From the NCBI RefSeq assembly GCF_000400465.1, contig NW_008806275.1, positions 30,001 to 62,000 of the forward strand: a stretch of 32,000 nt of DNA. The letters are read 5' to 3'. Position 1 is the first letter of the stretch. Every line of letters begins with the position of its first letter. The notes under the pieces are model-generated. The model was not told where the DNA came from and did no database searches. It saw only the letters and a list, made by a program, of their open reading frames with translations. This stretch comes from Wallemia ichthyophaga EXF-994. Taxonomy: Eukaryota > Fungi > Basidiomycota. The translations under genes and the position numbers were made by a program. Shown here one piece after another: positions 9,298 to 21,152 of the stretch.

Positions 9298-10776
9298 TTA
9301 CGACGATGCAAAGAGATATCGCGACGCGTGCATGCTCACAATAGCTCTGTAATGCAAAAAGATAGCAGCAGCGACGGCGATATGCCAAGCATTATGGCTC
9401 GCGAAAGCGAAATCGAAGCGGCCGGGTGCGAGGCACTCAGGTATCTGGAGGGCGTAAACGACGAGCCCTACGACGTAAAAGAGGAGGGACGGTATAAGGG
9501 GTGCGAGGAAGGAAAGGGTGTTAGCGAGACTATGATAGTGAACCATAGCCAGTATAGGCGCTGCACCGCAAATGGCCATATACACGAAGAACCCAATCCT
9601 ATACCCGCGGCTCTCCTTCCTGTTGAACGACTCGGTGAAAGGGAGGTAGCTGCCTGCTATGGCATTGGAGATGATGAAGGTGAGGAGTGTGTTGCGTGTC
9701 ACGTCGTCACAGTATAGCCCGTAGTACGTCACGCCCGTCACACTCGCTGTGATGAGCGAACTGATACCGACGTAGTCAACACATGCGTAGTGTTCGAAGA
9801 TGCGCTTATCTGCACACCCAGCGTGGATGTGCCACAGACTGGAGAACACCAAGCACTTTAGCGCGGCGAGGAGAAAACCCATCATCACCAAATTGTCAGA
9901 CCACGTGCTGTCGTGTGCCACCCACGCAGGATGAGGCGCAGCGATGTGATAGGCGAAAAGCAGAGCCACTCCAACAGCAGCCCACAGGTGCGTCTGTACG
10001 CTGCAGCGGTGTTAGAGGTGAGTGTTTAAAGAGCGCTTCACCTACTTAACCGTCTCGTTGTGCCATGTAAATGCAGATCGGAATAACTCGCTCTTGTTGT
10101 TGTGTATCGGTATGAATCGGTATCCAGTGAGTATATGTTCGTTGTTCTTCCACGCATCGGGCAGCTCACTGAACTGGATAAGACGTGCACCATTCTGCGC
10201 GCGCGCTAAGGCCCACTCGATAGCTGTGCGTGCCGAGTCGAAGCCGTGCTCGACCATCTGCGCTTTAGTATGTACCTCAGCCTCGACGAGCCGACGGATC
10301 TCGTCCCACTTCTCCAGCACCACCGCGGCTTGTTCCGCAGTAAAGGTGGATGTAGAAGCAGACGCAGAAGCGGATGCCGCTATCACCGATTTCAGTCGCT
10401 CGCTCACTGCCTCCATCTGCACCTGCAGATGCACCGAGGGGAGCTGACGGTGAAGTTTCTCTGTATCCATACTGCGCAATTCGCTTATCATTCGCAGAAG
10501 CTCGCGCCCCATCTCGAGAGAACGCTTCGACGTCGCGTTGGTGTCGATCAACTGCCTCACTCTGTCCTCCATTTCGTAGAAACCCCGCTGGAGTCGCTCG
10601 CCGGCACTCCACACCGCCTCCACCGTCCCATGCAGGTCGAGATAGTCGAGTGCGCTGCTCGTCGTTGGTAAATGCGAGGCTATTTCCGTCGGCAGAAAAC
10701 TTAGACTGGGATTACTCGAATGCGACGATTGCCAACTTTGTGAATTGCGCCGTTTGCTGTCTGCATCTTGATTCAT
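9298..10776 (-). CDS. IZH3: PAQR/hemolysin-III family membrane receptor (Izh3-like) with a long soluble N-terminus
   Basis: Intron 10045-10001 joins ELPDAWKNNEHILTGYRFIP...FTWHNETV to NVQTHLW. It also contains SSLWHIHAGC, DYVGISSLI and PECLAPGRFDFAFASHNAWH, which carry the conserved PAQR His/Asp metal motifs. Confidence 0.9.
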
Positions 10777-10937
10777 TTCAATCCAGTGCGAGTTTTCGCT
10801 CGACTACCAATATTGATAAGATTCGATTAAAGTTGTCATCTCGGCGGGCGTGGTATAAAAATCGGTGAAAATTATTAATTTATAACAAAGTTTATGTGTG
10901 CTGAAAATTATATTAGATTACAAATGCTGCGTGATTC

Positions 10938-12066
10938 CTATGATAGCTTCTTGGTAAGCTCTGGGACGACTTGGAAAAGATCTCCAACGAGGCCAACATC
11001 AGCGATCTGGAATATTGGTGCTTCTGGGTCCTTTGGTTGTGTTGTGAGTGGTTGAGTACATGCATAACACTACTGACTCACCTTATTCACTGCCACAATC
11101 AGCTTCGAGTCTTTCATTCCAGCCAGATGCTGGATGGCGCCTGAAATACCAATAGCCATGTAAAGTTCCTGTTTGAGTGGCCGTAACAGTCAGCAGCAAC
11201 ACACAAACCACTTTTTCACTCACCGGCGCGACAATCTTACCCGTCTGGCCTACTTGTAGCGAGTTATCAGCATAGCCACTATCGACAGCGGCTCTCGAAG
11301 CGCCGATAGCAGCGCCTAGGGAGTCAGCGAGTGGTTCAATAATGGAACCAAAGTTCTCTGCCGACTTGAGTGCTCTACCACCCGACACGACTCTGGCCGC
11401 GCTGCCCAAATCAGGGCGAGCAGTAAGAGTCATTTCCTCCGAAACGTGTGGAGCGTGGTCTTTCACTTGCACTGGGGCTACCTCCTCCACAACCACCTGG
11501 TCACTGCTAGATGAGTCTGCGCCATCGAAAGCTGTAGCTCTGACCGAGACGACTTTCCTGCTTTCACCACTCTTCACGGTGCTGATGGCATTACCTGCGT
11601 AAATGCCCCTCGTAAACACCTCTCCGCCGTCTTCGAGAGAGAGTATATCAGCAATGATGGATGTATCGAGTAGGGCAGCTGCGCGCGGGAGAACGTTCTT
11701 CCCGACAGCTGTGTGCGCGGCGAACAGGTGAGTGAGTGAGTCGTCTTTCTCCATGAGCGTCTTGAGTAGTGGTGCGAGTGTGCTGGGTGGATGGTGGTCG
11801 TATTGCTCGCTGTGTGCCACTAACAGTCTGCTAAGAGGGAGTCTTCGGGCGGAGTCAATGGCACTCGAAATGCTCTCGGACCCGGCTATCACTCCAACCA
11901 CCTTGCCATTCACCTTCTGAGCGGCCGTCAGCGCCGACAGCGTACCAGCATTCAGCTTCCCGTCGCGGTGCTCCAAGTAGAGAAGCGCATCGCGTGTGGG
12001 TGGAGTGGTGCTGAGTGGGCGTGCTGTGCGTGGTGCTCTTGTCGCTGCTCTTGCCAATCTAAACAT
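10938..12066 (-). CDS. AIM45: Electron transfer flavoprotein alpha subunit, mitochondrial
   Basis: Contains [48 protein letters not shown]|[29 protein letters not shown]|[30 protein letters not shown]. Two 3' introns; presequence-like N-terminus. Confidence 0.97.
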
Positions 12067-12753
12067 CGCCGTCGAGTTGCAAGAGACGCAGCGGGATAAG
12101 TTGATGGGAATTATCTGTGATTCTCGTGAGTGGATTAGGCGCTGTAATTATTCTATATCCCATTAGCCACGTGCCATCTGAGCAAATTTCAAATCTCGGA
12201 TCAAATCAAATCAAATTGAAGATAAAAGCGTCGGTCAACGTAATAGGGTGTTGTAGAATGTCATGGCCATATCATTGGTAGTACTTGCCATATCCATACA
12301 CCGGCAGATGCTGTCAATTCACTTACCTCCACATGACTCGGTCAAGTGTATCTGACAGCTGCGGTTGGTGCTTAAGCGGGGCTAAATTCATAGCGGCAAT
12401 CTCGGAGGTTTTTACAGTGGTTCTCACTGATCAATACCATTCATGTTCCCTCCGCTGCCGAAGGATGCATGCGTCATTTATCCACCATACGTCATACGTC
12501 CTCAACTTTCAACGTTGTCAGAGAAGTGTATGCCAAAGCTAGCACAAGGCACACGCGGCACATGTCGCACACGGAACCTTACGACGTGAGACAGTCTCAG
12601 CTGAATTCGAAATTGAATTTTAATTTGACTCAGAATTCGTTCACTGGCACGAAGTTAAATATGCACTGGCCCTCGACTGCGTGCCTTAATTGAAGCCTAT
12701 ATTAAGATGAGCTTGGCTAGCTCTCTTTTTACACCACAATCACAACCGAAAGT

Positions 12754-14365
12754 ATGTCCAATTCGCACAACACAGTACAGGATCTCGCGGTGCACGCACC
12801 TAATGGTGGACCACCAATCACTATCGAGCAGCTGCGCAAAGATCAAGACAATAATACCAGAGACAAATATCCGAGACGTTTGATCGTCTGCTGCGACGGA
12901 ACCTGGCAGGATGGTTTGGCTACCAAGGCTGAGGAGGAGTACACCAATATCCTCAGACTTACGAGAGCCATTAGGCAGGTGAGTTGCGGGTGGTCGAGGC
13001 GATGTCTTGGTGTTGTGTGTTTTGTGCCATGACGCACGGCGCACTATGCACTATGCATATGCATATGCACTCATCAACACGCTCAAATTCACCCCACCCA
13101 GGAAACAAAGGACGCAAAACCTGACACACCATCCACAGGAAGACAGAAGACACTTTCCGCCAACCCCGCAAATCTGCCACTATGTTAGGTGAGTTAGCCG
13201 CGTTACTGCCGCCATTGCTCAGCTGACGTCTTGCTTTTACAGTGGTGTCGGCACTGGCTGGTCACTCTCTGAACAGCTTATTGGCGGTGCCACAGGCAAT
13301 ACTCTCGGTATTAAAATCAGAGATGCGTACGCGTTCCTGTCGCAAAACTACTGCGACGGTGATGAAATATTTCTCTTTGGATTCAGCAGAGGTGCATTCA
13401 CGGCAAGGACACTCGGCGCGCTGATCAACGACATTGGTATTCTCAACAACAAGGAGATGGAGCATTTCTTCGAAATCTTCAAAGCCTATCACGACCGCAA
13501 CGACAGTGGGAACCCAAAGAAGGCGGAGAAGGCGCGCAATTACCTCGAGCCATGGCTGTTGCGCAACCCTGCCAACAACCGCCACAAGGGGAGGCAATTT
13601 ATTATCAAGTGTATTGGTGTGTTCGACACAGTCGGTGCACTCGGTGTGCCCTCGCTGAGCTCCTCCTTCTTCCCCAAGATGAAAAGCGAGGAGAACTACA
13701 TGGGCTTCCCTGACACGGTGCTTGGTGACAAGGTTGAGCATTGCTACCATGCACTCAGCCTGCACGAGAATCGCCCCAACTTTGTCGACACGAGGCTCGA
13801 GGTGAAAAAGGAGAACCTAGCCAAGGGGCAGCACTGCAAGCAGGTGTGGTTCACAGGGTGCCACTCGGACATCGGTGGTAGTTACAGAGAACACGAGCTG
13901 AGTGACCTCACGCTTATTTGGATGTGCGCATCCATTGAACACCTCCTCTTGCTCGACATAGAGTATCTCAGAAGCATCCCTAATCCGATGGAGGGCTGGG
14001 GCAAGCAGCAGCCGCACGACAGCCGCACGGGTATCTTCACTTTAGGCATGCCTATCAAGAGAAAACCAGTACTCGAATTGAGCACCACAGAGAGATTGCA
14101 CCCAAGTGTCCTCGAAAACGATTGCAAACTCGCTAAACCAATTCAGGAGAAGATCGACAAAGAGCCGCAACTTATCGCATCGCTCCTCCCACTCGAGGAG
14201 CAGTTCAGAGCCGAATGGAAGCAGACTCATGACGCGGAGGACCGCAAGAAAGGGAGCAAGTACCACACAAGCAAGGATAAGAAGAACTTTGACGACGAGG
14301 AGAATGAGTCGACAATGAAGAAGTATTGGGATATGATACCTAAGCCGTGGAACATCTTCTCTTAA
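12754..14365 (+). CDS. DUF2235 (Tle1-like) alpha/beta hydrolase
   Basis: Contains RRLIVCCDGTWQDG, then intron 12979-13138, EDRRHFPPTPQICHYVS|GVGTG, DAYAFLSQNYCDGDEIFLFGFSRGAFTAR, IGVFDTVGALG, HALSLHENR and QVWFTGCHSDIGG. Confidence 0.9.
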
Positions 14366-14491
14366 TGAGTATAATGGGAAATGAGAAATTAGAAAAACAA
14401 ATAAATAAATAAACAGCTAATGCGCTATCATATGTTAAACCAGCCAAATAATACATTGTAATACCATATACACGTCTTCTCCACACAACCA

Positions 14492-15343
14492 ATGACACTC
14501 GCAGAGTTACTGCCAGAGAGAAGCAGAGTGACGGTGGTAAAGGATGAGCCAGGATGCTCGGGGCTGTTTGTGCTGCTGGATGAGCTCAAGCGGGCGCAGG
14601 CAGTGCAGCGGCCGGTGAGTATCGTATCAACGGAGCATACCAAGGAGCATTGGCAGGCTTGTGCGAAGAAGTTGGTGGGAAGGTGTATTTAGAGAGCGTG
14701 GATTATTCTAACCATAAAATCACGCTTCAGGGATCGCCGCTGAGTGCAGCCGTCGGATTCATCGACGGATTCAGCCAGCTTGCAGACGCGGGCGAAAGCG
14801 CACTAGAAGCGTTGCTGGCGCAGACGGAACAATCCATACGCAATCACAGCCACAGTCACAGTCACAGTACACCGCCACTGCTGCTTATCGACGATCTAGC
14901 GTGTTTGAAGTGGCTCGGTATCGCTGACAGCGCGGTGGAAGGCTTCGTCAAGGGGCTGCTCAAGGTGGCTGAGGAGGTGGGTGTTTGTTGGGTAGTGGCT
15001 CAAGCGTGTTGCTCACGCGTACACCGATACAGCTCGACGTGGATATAGTTGCGATAGTCCACTCTCCACACACAGCAACGCTTCTCGAAGCACGCGCTAC
15101 GCTCATCATAGTCACAAAACCTCTGTCTACAGGCGCAAGCGCAGAAGTTACTGGTCAAGTGGGTAGACAGGGCTCCGATCGCTAGTAATCAGCCTCACAC
15201 ACATGCAGATAAACGCTTATCGCGGCCCGCTGTGGGACTCTCTCGCTGCTAATGGCGGATGGAACGGCTGGGAGAGGCAGCTTCACTTGACTGACTCGAG
15301 CATACATGTTTTTGCAAAAGGTCTCGGACGCAGTGTGATTTGA
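14492..15343 (+). CDS. ELP6: Elongator complex subunit Elp6-like RecA-fold protein
   Basis: Four exons reconstruct ...EHWQACAKKL|GSPLSAAVGFIDG...LLLIDDLACLKWLG...|LDVDIVAIVH...TKPLSTGASAEVTGQ|INAYRGP...LTDSSIHVFAKGLGRSVI*. The LIDDL, PL-x-TG-x-S-x-x-V-x-G and terminal F-x-KG motifs match Elp6. Confidence 0.75.
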
Positions 15344-15451
15344 AGTGTTTGTACAAATATATTTTATTTCCGTCTATCGTTCCGCGCCCGTTCTTTGGTT
15401 CAACGACAATTGCAGCGCGATAAAGAAATCATTCACGCACTGAGCGATTGG

Positions 15452-17661
15452 ATGGTCAGGAAACACGTCAGCACTTCCACACTCAACAAATCTCAAAGCG
15501 ACACGGCTTTTCATTATCGCAGGCGCCGTAGCAGCACCTCCATCAACAAATTACGCACTCTATCCACTCTGCGAGCCATGGAGAGATGGGACGATCGCAG
15601 CGGCAACTGGGCGATGGGCGGTACAGACACGGGCGGCCGTTCCTCGTCTTCGGATAGCAGCCAGTCTTATGGTAGCCACAGTTCTGACGGCCGAGCAGCC
15701 GGCAGTGTAGCAACTCGCCCGCAAAAGAGCAGGAGATTGAACGAACACCCACCTACCACCAACAGCGTGCAGCATGCAGAGACGGTGTTGCTATCTGTGG
15801 CGATAACAATTGCTGGCTACAAGCTTATTTCGGAGTTTGGTGAGCATGGCGTTGTCCTCCCAGCAGCTGTCGTTGTAGCAGCTCTACTTTTGCTGTTGTT
15901 GCTCAATACGCGTCGGTGCGGACACGTCTACGGCACAGCTGCCAACGAGTACAGAGAGACGGCTGATCCGGGTCTTGCCGTGGCTCTCCTCCTCCTCCCC
16001 CTCATGGCGCTCAGCGCGCTTTACGCATCACTCTCGAGCAAGCGCGATGGACACACGGCAGCGTGGGCATCTGCGTATAGCTTCGTCGCTGATCCGCAGG
16101 ATGACCTCATCGTGTCGAGACGCTCCCTTGTCGGTCTCTCCCTCGCTATGTCTTGCACTGCTGCCGCGCATATTATCTGCACGAACCTGCAAATCACTCA
16201 GAGTGGTAGCGGTGGCAGGCGGTTCCTCACTTTCACCCTCTTTAGCACGCTCGTTGGTGTGGTTATTACGTTTGCTGTTGATACAGTCAGGTCGACGTCA
16301 CACTCACACGGTGCCTTCTTCGCCGATCTTGACAGCCTCGAGTGCTTTTCGGCTACCGTGTTCTTCCAGTTCACGCTGCTCGTTATCTTGCGTCTCGGTA
16401 AAAAAGGGTTTACTATAGGCGAGCTCGTCGTGAGCAGCGGGCTGGGCACGGGGCTATTTGTCGAGGTGCTTAATCTTACTAGATGGAAGGTGGGTTTGTA
16501 GCTTTTGGTGCACTCGCTCCTTCTCACGCCTTCTCAGATCGGCATTTTGCCCATACTCAAGACTTACAGACTACCTACACCTCTCGTCGTTCTACAGCTT
16601 GCTCTCATTCCGGGCTCCTTTCTTATCGGCTTCCTTCTCTCACCGCTGCTCGTGCTGAGTCGGAATATATCGCAGAAACCGCTGCATAGACTGCGCTGGC
16701 CCGAGCAGAAAGAAATGCACAGACGCATCCTCGCTTTCTCCTTCTACATCCTCTGTGCTGTGCTGGAGGTAAGTCTGGTAGGAATGTGGCTAGTGTGGGT
16801 GCTCAATTGGAAGAACCCATTCGAGCTAGTGAAGGAGATAATGTGGAACGACGGGAGATATGTCAGTCGACTGTGTCTGGTAGGGTACTGGATTGCGCTG
16901 GTTGCCGTCAGCCTGCTCGGCTGGGTCAAGCAGCTCAGTCTGGTGCGCAACCCCATCCAGTTTAAGCACATTCACACTCCGGATGCTAGAGTCGACAGCG
17001 GGGAGATGGTCAAGAGGCTTGTCTCTGCGGCGAACAAAACCGCGGCTGGTATGACACTCAATGGTCGCAGGAAATACTTTCATCTTCTTCTCGCTGCGAT
17101 TATCGTACCTGGCGTGGTGGTTGATGTGAGTATGGTGTGTCACATAGTATTAACAAAAACTCTAATACACAGCAGCCATTTATCACCCATCTCGCTGCGA
17201 GTATCGCATTTGGGATATTCATATTCATCGAATATATGCGATATTTCGCACTATACCCACTTTCAGCCAAGATACACGTCTTTATGAGTGAATTCATCGA
17301 CGAGAAAGACAGCGGCGCGGCTATTCTCAGTCACTTCTACTTGCTGACGGGATCGATGATGTGTCTGTGGATGGAAAATGGGCGTACGATGGATAATCTC
17401 AGCGGAGTATTAGTGCTCGGCGTGGGAGATGCGATGGCGAGTATTGTGGGGAAGAAATGGGGGCGACACCGTTGGACAGACGCGTCAAATAAGAGCATCG
17501 AAGGAACACTTGGATTTGCACTGAGCATGCTAGCCGTCACATCATTCAAGTCTTCTCAAGTAATACCGATACTGGTGACAGCACTGATGGAGGCGTACAG
17601 CGTACAGAATGATAACTTGATAATAGGATTTATATTCTACAGTACTTGTATATTATTTTAA
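15452..17661 (+). CDS. SEC59: Dolichol kinase (CTP-dependent)
   Basis: Polytopic hydrophobic protein with GFTIGEL, LNGRRKYFHLL, FIDEKDSGAAILSHFYLLTG, GVLVLGVGDAMASIVGKKWGRHRW, KSIEGT and QNDNL motifs. Introns near 16489-16538 and 17128-17173. Confidence 0.93.
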
Positions 17662-17716
17662 AAAAAACCAGATTATCACTTGTGCACGTACTGCACTGTG
17701 AATACGAACGGCGAGG

Positions 17717-20700
17717 ATGTCAGCGACAACGGGAAGGAAGAAGTCAATAAACCAGCAAAATCAGCAGAATGGGCAGGAGAATGGGCAGATAGAGCAGCCA
17801 ACGATATCAAAATCGCAGATAAATCGATCACCGCTACAAACACAATCGGTATATCAGAGGTGCTTGCTGTTGAGGAGTAGATTATTGAGAGTAGAAGGAT
17901 TTAATGGATTTTTAGACAGCGTGCAGTCTACAAATTGCGTAAATTTACTCTGGGAATGCTTTAAATTAGGAAATTCACTGTGTCATCTCTTCAACCAGCT
18001 TGGGCTCGAGCAGCAGCTGGAAGTATCAGATAACTACGATATAAATAAACAATCAATTTGCAAGAAAGGCGTGGCTAGATTTATTATAAGCTGCAAATTA
18101 CTCGGTGATACTTCAACAGGATGGACGAGCGATGACCTCTTTACAGTCACAGATCTTTATAAACAAGATACAAGTGGTTTCATACGCGTATTACACACTG
18201 TGAACTTAGTGGTAAATGAAGTCGATAAACGTGGCAAGTTGATGGAAGTCACTCCAACTGAAACTGATGATGCACCGATACTCGAATCTACAAATCAATC
18301 TAGAGTTAAGATTACTCAAGAATTGATCGAATCTGAGAGGAAGTTCATTATGGATATGGAATTATTACAATCATTCTCAAATGAAATTAGAAATTCAAAC
18401 ATATTCTCACATGACACTCATCACTCTATCTTCACCAACCTCAATGCACTCGTTGACTTTCAAAGAAGAGTTCAAATTAGCCTTGAAGAAGCATTTGAAG
18501 TTGATCAGTCTGGCGGTATCGGTCTCTGGGGCAAAGCGTTTACCGATCATGTAAGCTCAGGCCTCAAAATTAGTAATTCTATTATTAAACCGACACAGGA
18601 ACAAGATTGGCTTGTCTATGCTCCATTCGTTATTAACTACAACCACGCTAACAATATCGTCCTCGAACAAGCTGATGCTATTCAGAATGGCACCCCTTCA
18701 GGTCTATCTCACTACGAAGTTCAGGCCTTGCTCATCAAGCCTACTCAGCGTGTCTGTAAATACCATATGTTCCTCGACGTGAGTTTTTCAATCGATGTCT
18801 TACTCACCAGCTCAAGTTATCTCAGGAAATAAGAAGGAAGACAGACGAGGAATCCGTCTCACACTCTGACCTTTCAAGTGGCTACAACGCTATGAAGAGA
18901 GTAACAGGTGAAATTAACGAGCTTCAAAGACAGAGGGAGAACATCGAAAAGTGTCAAGTTCTTATTGAAAGAGTTGAGGATTGGAAGGGTCACAATATAA
19001 GTTCTTTTGGTAACCTGCTAATTGAGGATATGTTCAATGTCAACAAAAACCACGTCGATAGAGAATATCACGTTTTCCTATTTGATAAGATTCTCCTCTG
19101 TTGTAAAGAGGTTCACGACAACAAGAGTCACAGTGGTAGTGATAGGGGCAAGGAGAGGAAATCTTCTAAATCAAACAGTTTGCTCAAGAGAAAAGATAGC
19201 ACTACCACTCAATTTGATCCCCTTCGTCGCAACATTCCCTTGCAGTTGAAGGGTAGAATCTATCTAAACAATGTCACCCACGTCATTCCATACTTTAGAG
19301 GTGAGTGTTGTTATTCATCTCTACAATTCTAATATGCCATCACTTCAGACATACAACCTGGCTCTCACAATTTGGAGGTTTGGTGGAAAGGCGATGATGA
19401 TTTGGAGTCATTCACTTTGAGATGTAGAACAAGTGAGCAAATGGAACTCTGGAAGGCTGCATTAGAGAAGCAATTGAACCAGGTTAACCTCAGAAGGCAA
19501 GCTATGGAGGAGGCTATCGCAAGAGGAGAGATAGCACCTTCAGCTAGAAAGCAATCGACTTCATCATCAAATTCGCATGGCTCACATCCCTACTCTGCTT
19601 CCTCGAGGAGACCATCCGGTCAGCAAACCTCTCAATGGCCGCAAACTCCTGTTGTTGACACTGGCCTAATCTCACCAATGAGCGCTGTCAGTTTGGAGGA
19701 TAAAATACCATCTCCAGTGTATCCAACCAGCGCCAGGCAACAGAGGGCTAAGACTGAGGACTCTAATGCGCACTCATTCCAGCAATGGAAGCAACAGCAA
19801 CAATTTCCACCAAGGTCTGTATCTCAGCAGGGATTGAATATATCACCAGGAGCTGAACGTGCACTCAGGAGCCAGTCGTCAAAGTCAGCTTTGCGACAGA
19901 CACCCGCTGGAGCACCGCCAGTGCCATCAGTTAGTGCTGCGATGGCGAAGGCAGGCAGCATGACATCGACTAGTCAACCAGCCCAGCTCAGTCCAACATC
20001 TACATCTACATCTACAAATACAAGAAACAGATCACTATCGTCACCGCATACGTACGAGAAGAAGAATCCGTTCGATGAGCAGGCTGAGGCGAAGCGGCCA
20101 CCGCCTTTGCCACGCAATCCACTAAGCTCTCAGTCTATGCACAGCGTCTCGTCTAATAGCTCGTTTGTCGGTTTGACGAACGCTCATCAACAGCAGCTGA
20201 TGGCTAGGCAGCAGCAGCAGCAGCAGCAGCCGATGCAGACTCAGACGCAGACGCAGAAGCAGATGCAAAACGAAGACGACCTTGTGGATGACAGCAAAGT
20301 TAGCTTAGGGGCTGGTAGCTATTCTGAAGCACCAACACAAAGATCTTGGGTATCTAAGAGATTCTCGGAGAGTTCAACCATGACCAATAGCTCACAGGAG
20401 TCTCTACCTAGTAAGAAAAAGGTGGCACCGATATCGACCTCTACCAACTCAACACCTTCCTCTGTGGCTAGCTCACCAAACAATAACAACCCACCCACGC
20501 CAACCAACTTCTCGAATAGTGGTTTCTTGGGAGATAAAATGAAGGTCAAAGTTAGATATAATGAGGATCTTTTCGTTCTCAATCTCCCGCCTTCAATTGA
20601 TCACTCCTCGCTAGTTACACAGATCGCTAGAAAGGTTAGGTTGTGCACTGGTGGTGTCAGATCACACCTTCCATACACTGAGAATCTCTTGGGCGGAAAT

Positions 20701-20850
20701 GATACAGATGAAAGTGTAATCAATTTTAAACTCAAGTGGATCGATGAAGAGGGTGACCAAATTCTCGTTCTTGGTGATGAAGACGTCGGGATGGCGATGG
20801 ATTGGGCTAGAAATCAAGGTGGGGGAGCAGTTGAACTAATAGTTACATAA
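17717..20850 (+). CDS. CDC24: Cdc24/Scd1 Rho GEF for Cdc42 (CH-DH-PH-PB1)
   Basis: CH region LWECFKLGNSLCHLFN; DH region ELIESERKF...LLIKPTQRVCKY; PH region REYHVFLFDKILLCCKE...LQLKGRIYL...EVWWKGDDDLESFTLRCR; C-terminal PB1 KVKVRYNEDLF...LKWIDEEGDQI. Confidence 0.95.
20209..20262 (+). repeat. (CAG)7 plus a CAGACN hexamer repeat encoding polyQ and QTQTQTQ in Cdc24
   Basis: CAG x7 at 20209-20229, followed by cagactcagacgcagacgcagaagcag. Confidence 0.9.
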
Positions 20851-21152
20851 ATTAGCAACAAAATACAATTGAAGGTTAAGTAAATAAATCGATTCTTGGA
20901 TTTTATTTGCCGATTTCACTCTTACACTTGGTACTTCAAAGACACTCACTCATATCTGGTTTCTTCATTCAATCACGTCTCTCACTTATCTTTCACTTAT
21001 ATGACCGCATATCGTTCCAATTTTACTCGTATCCCTCGTTTAAACAACTTTTCACTCCAATCGAATAACACCAGTTATCATTATTGTTGTACTTAAAAGA
21101 TTTATCTTTATACTTTGATTTTTATACACTTGTGGACATTTGCACAATAATT

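Noticed and set aside
12305-12362. GCTGTCA...TGACAGC inverted repeat with CTGA and ACTTACCT, suggesting a box C/D snoRNA, U1 snRNA or TALE binding sites
   Set aside because: No RTGATGA box C after the stem, the U1 match is only about 8 nt with no further U1 structure, and a 7-bp inverted repeat is expected by chance.
12754-14365. DUF2235 gene as a recent horizontal transfer of a bacterial T6SS effector
   Set aside because: It has introns, composition like its neighbours, and the family is widespread in fungi.
17717-20850. CDC24 as the orthologue of Cryptococcus MAT GEF1
   Set aside because: Orthology cannot be established from sequence alone, so it is not counted as evidence for MAT synteny.
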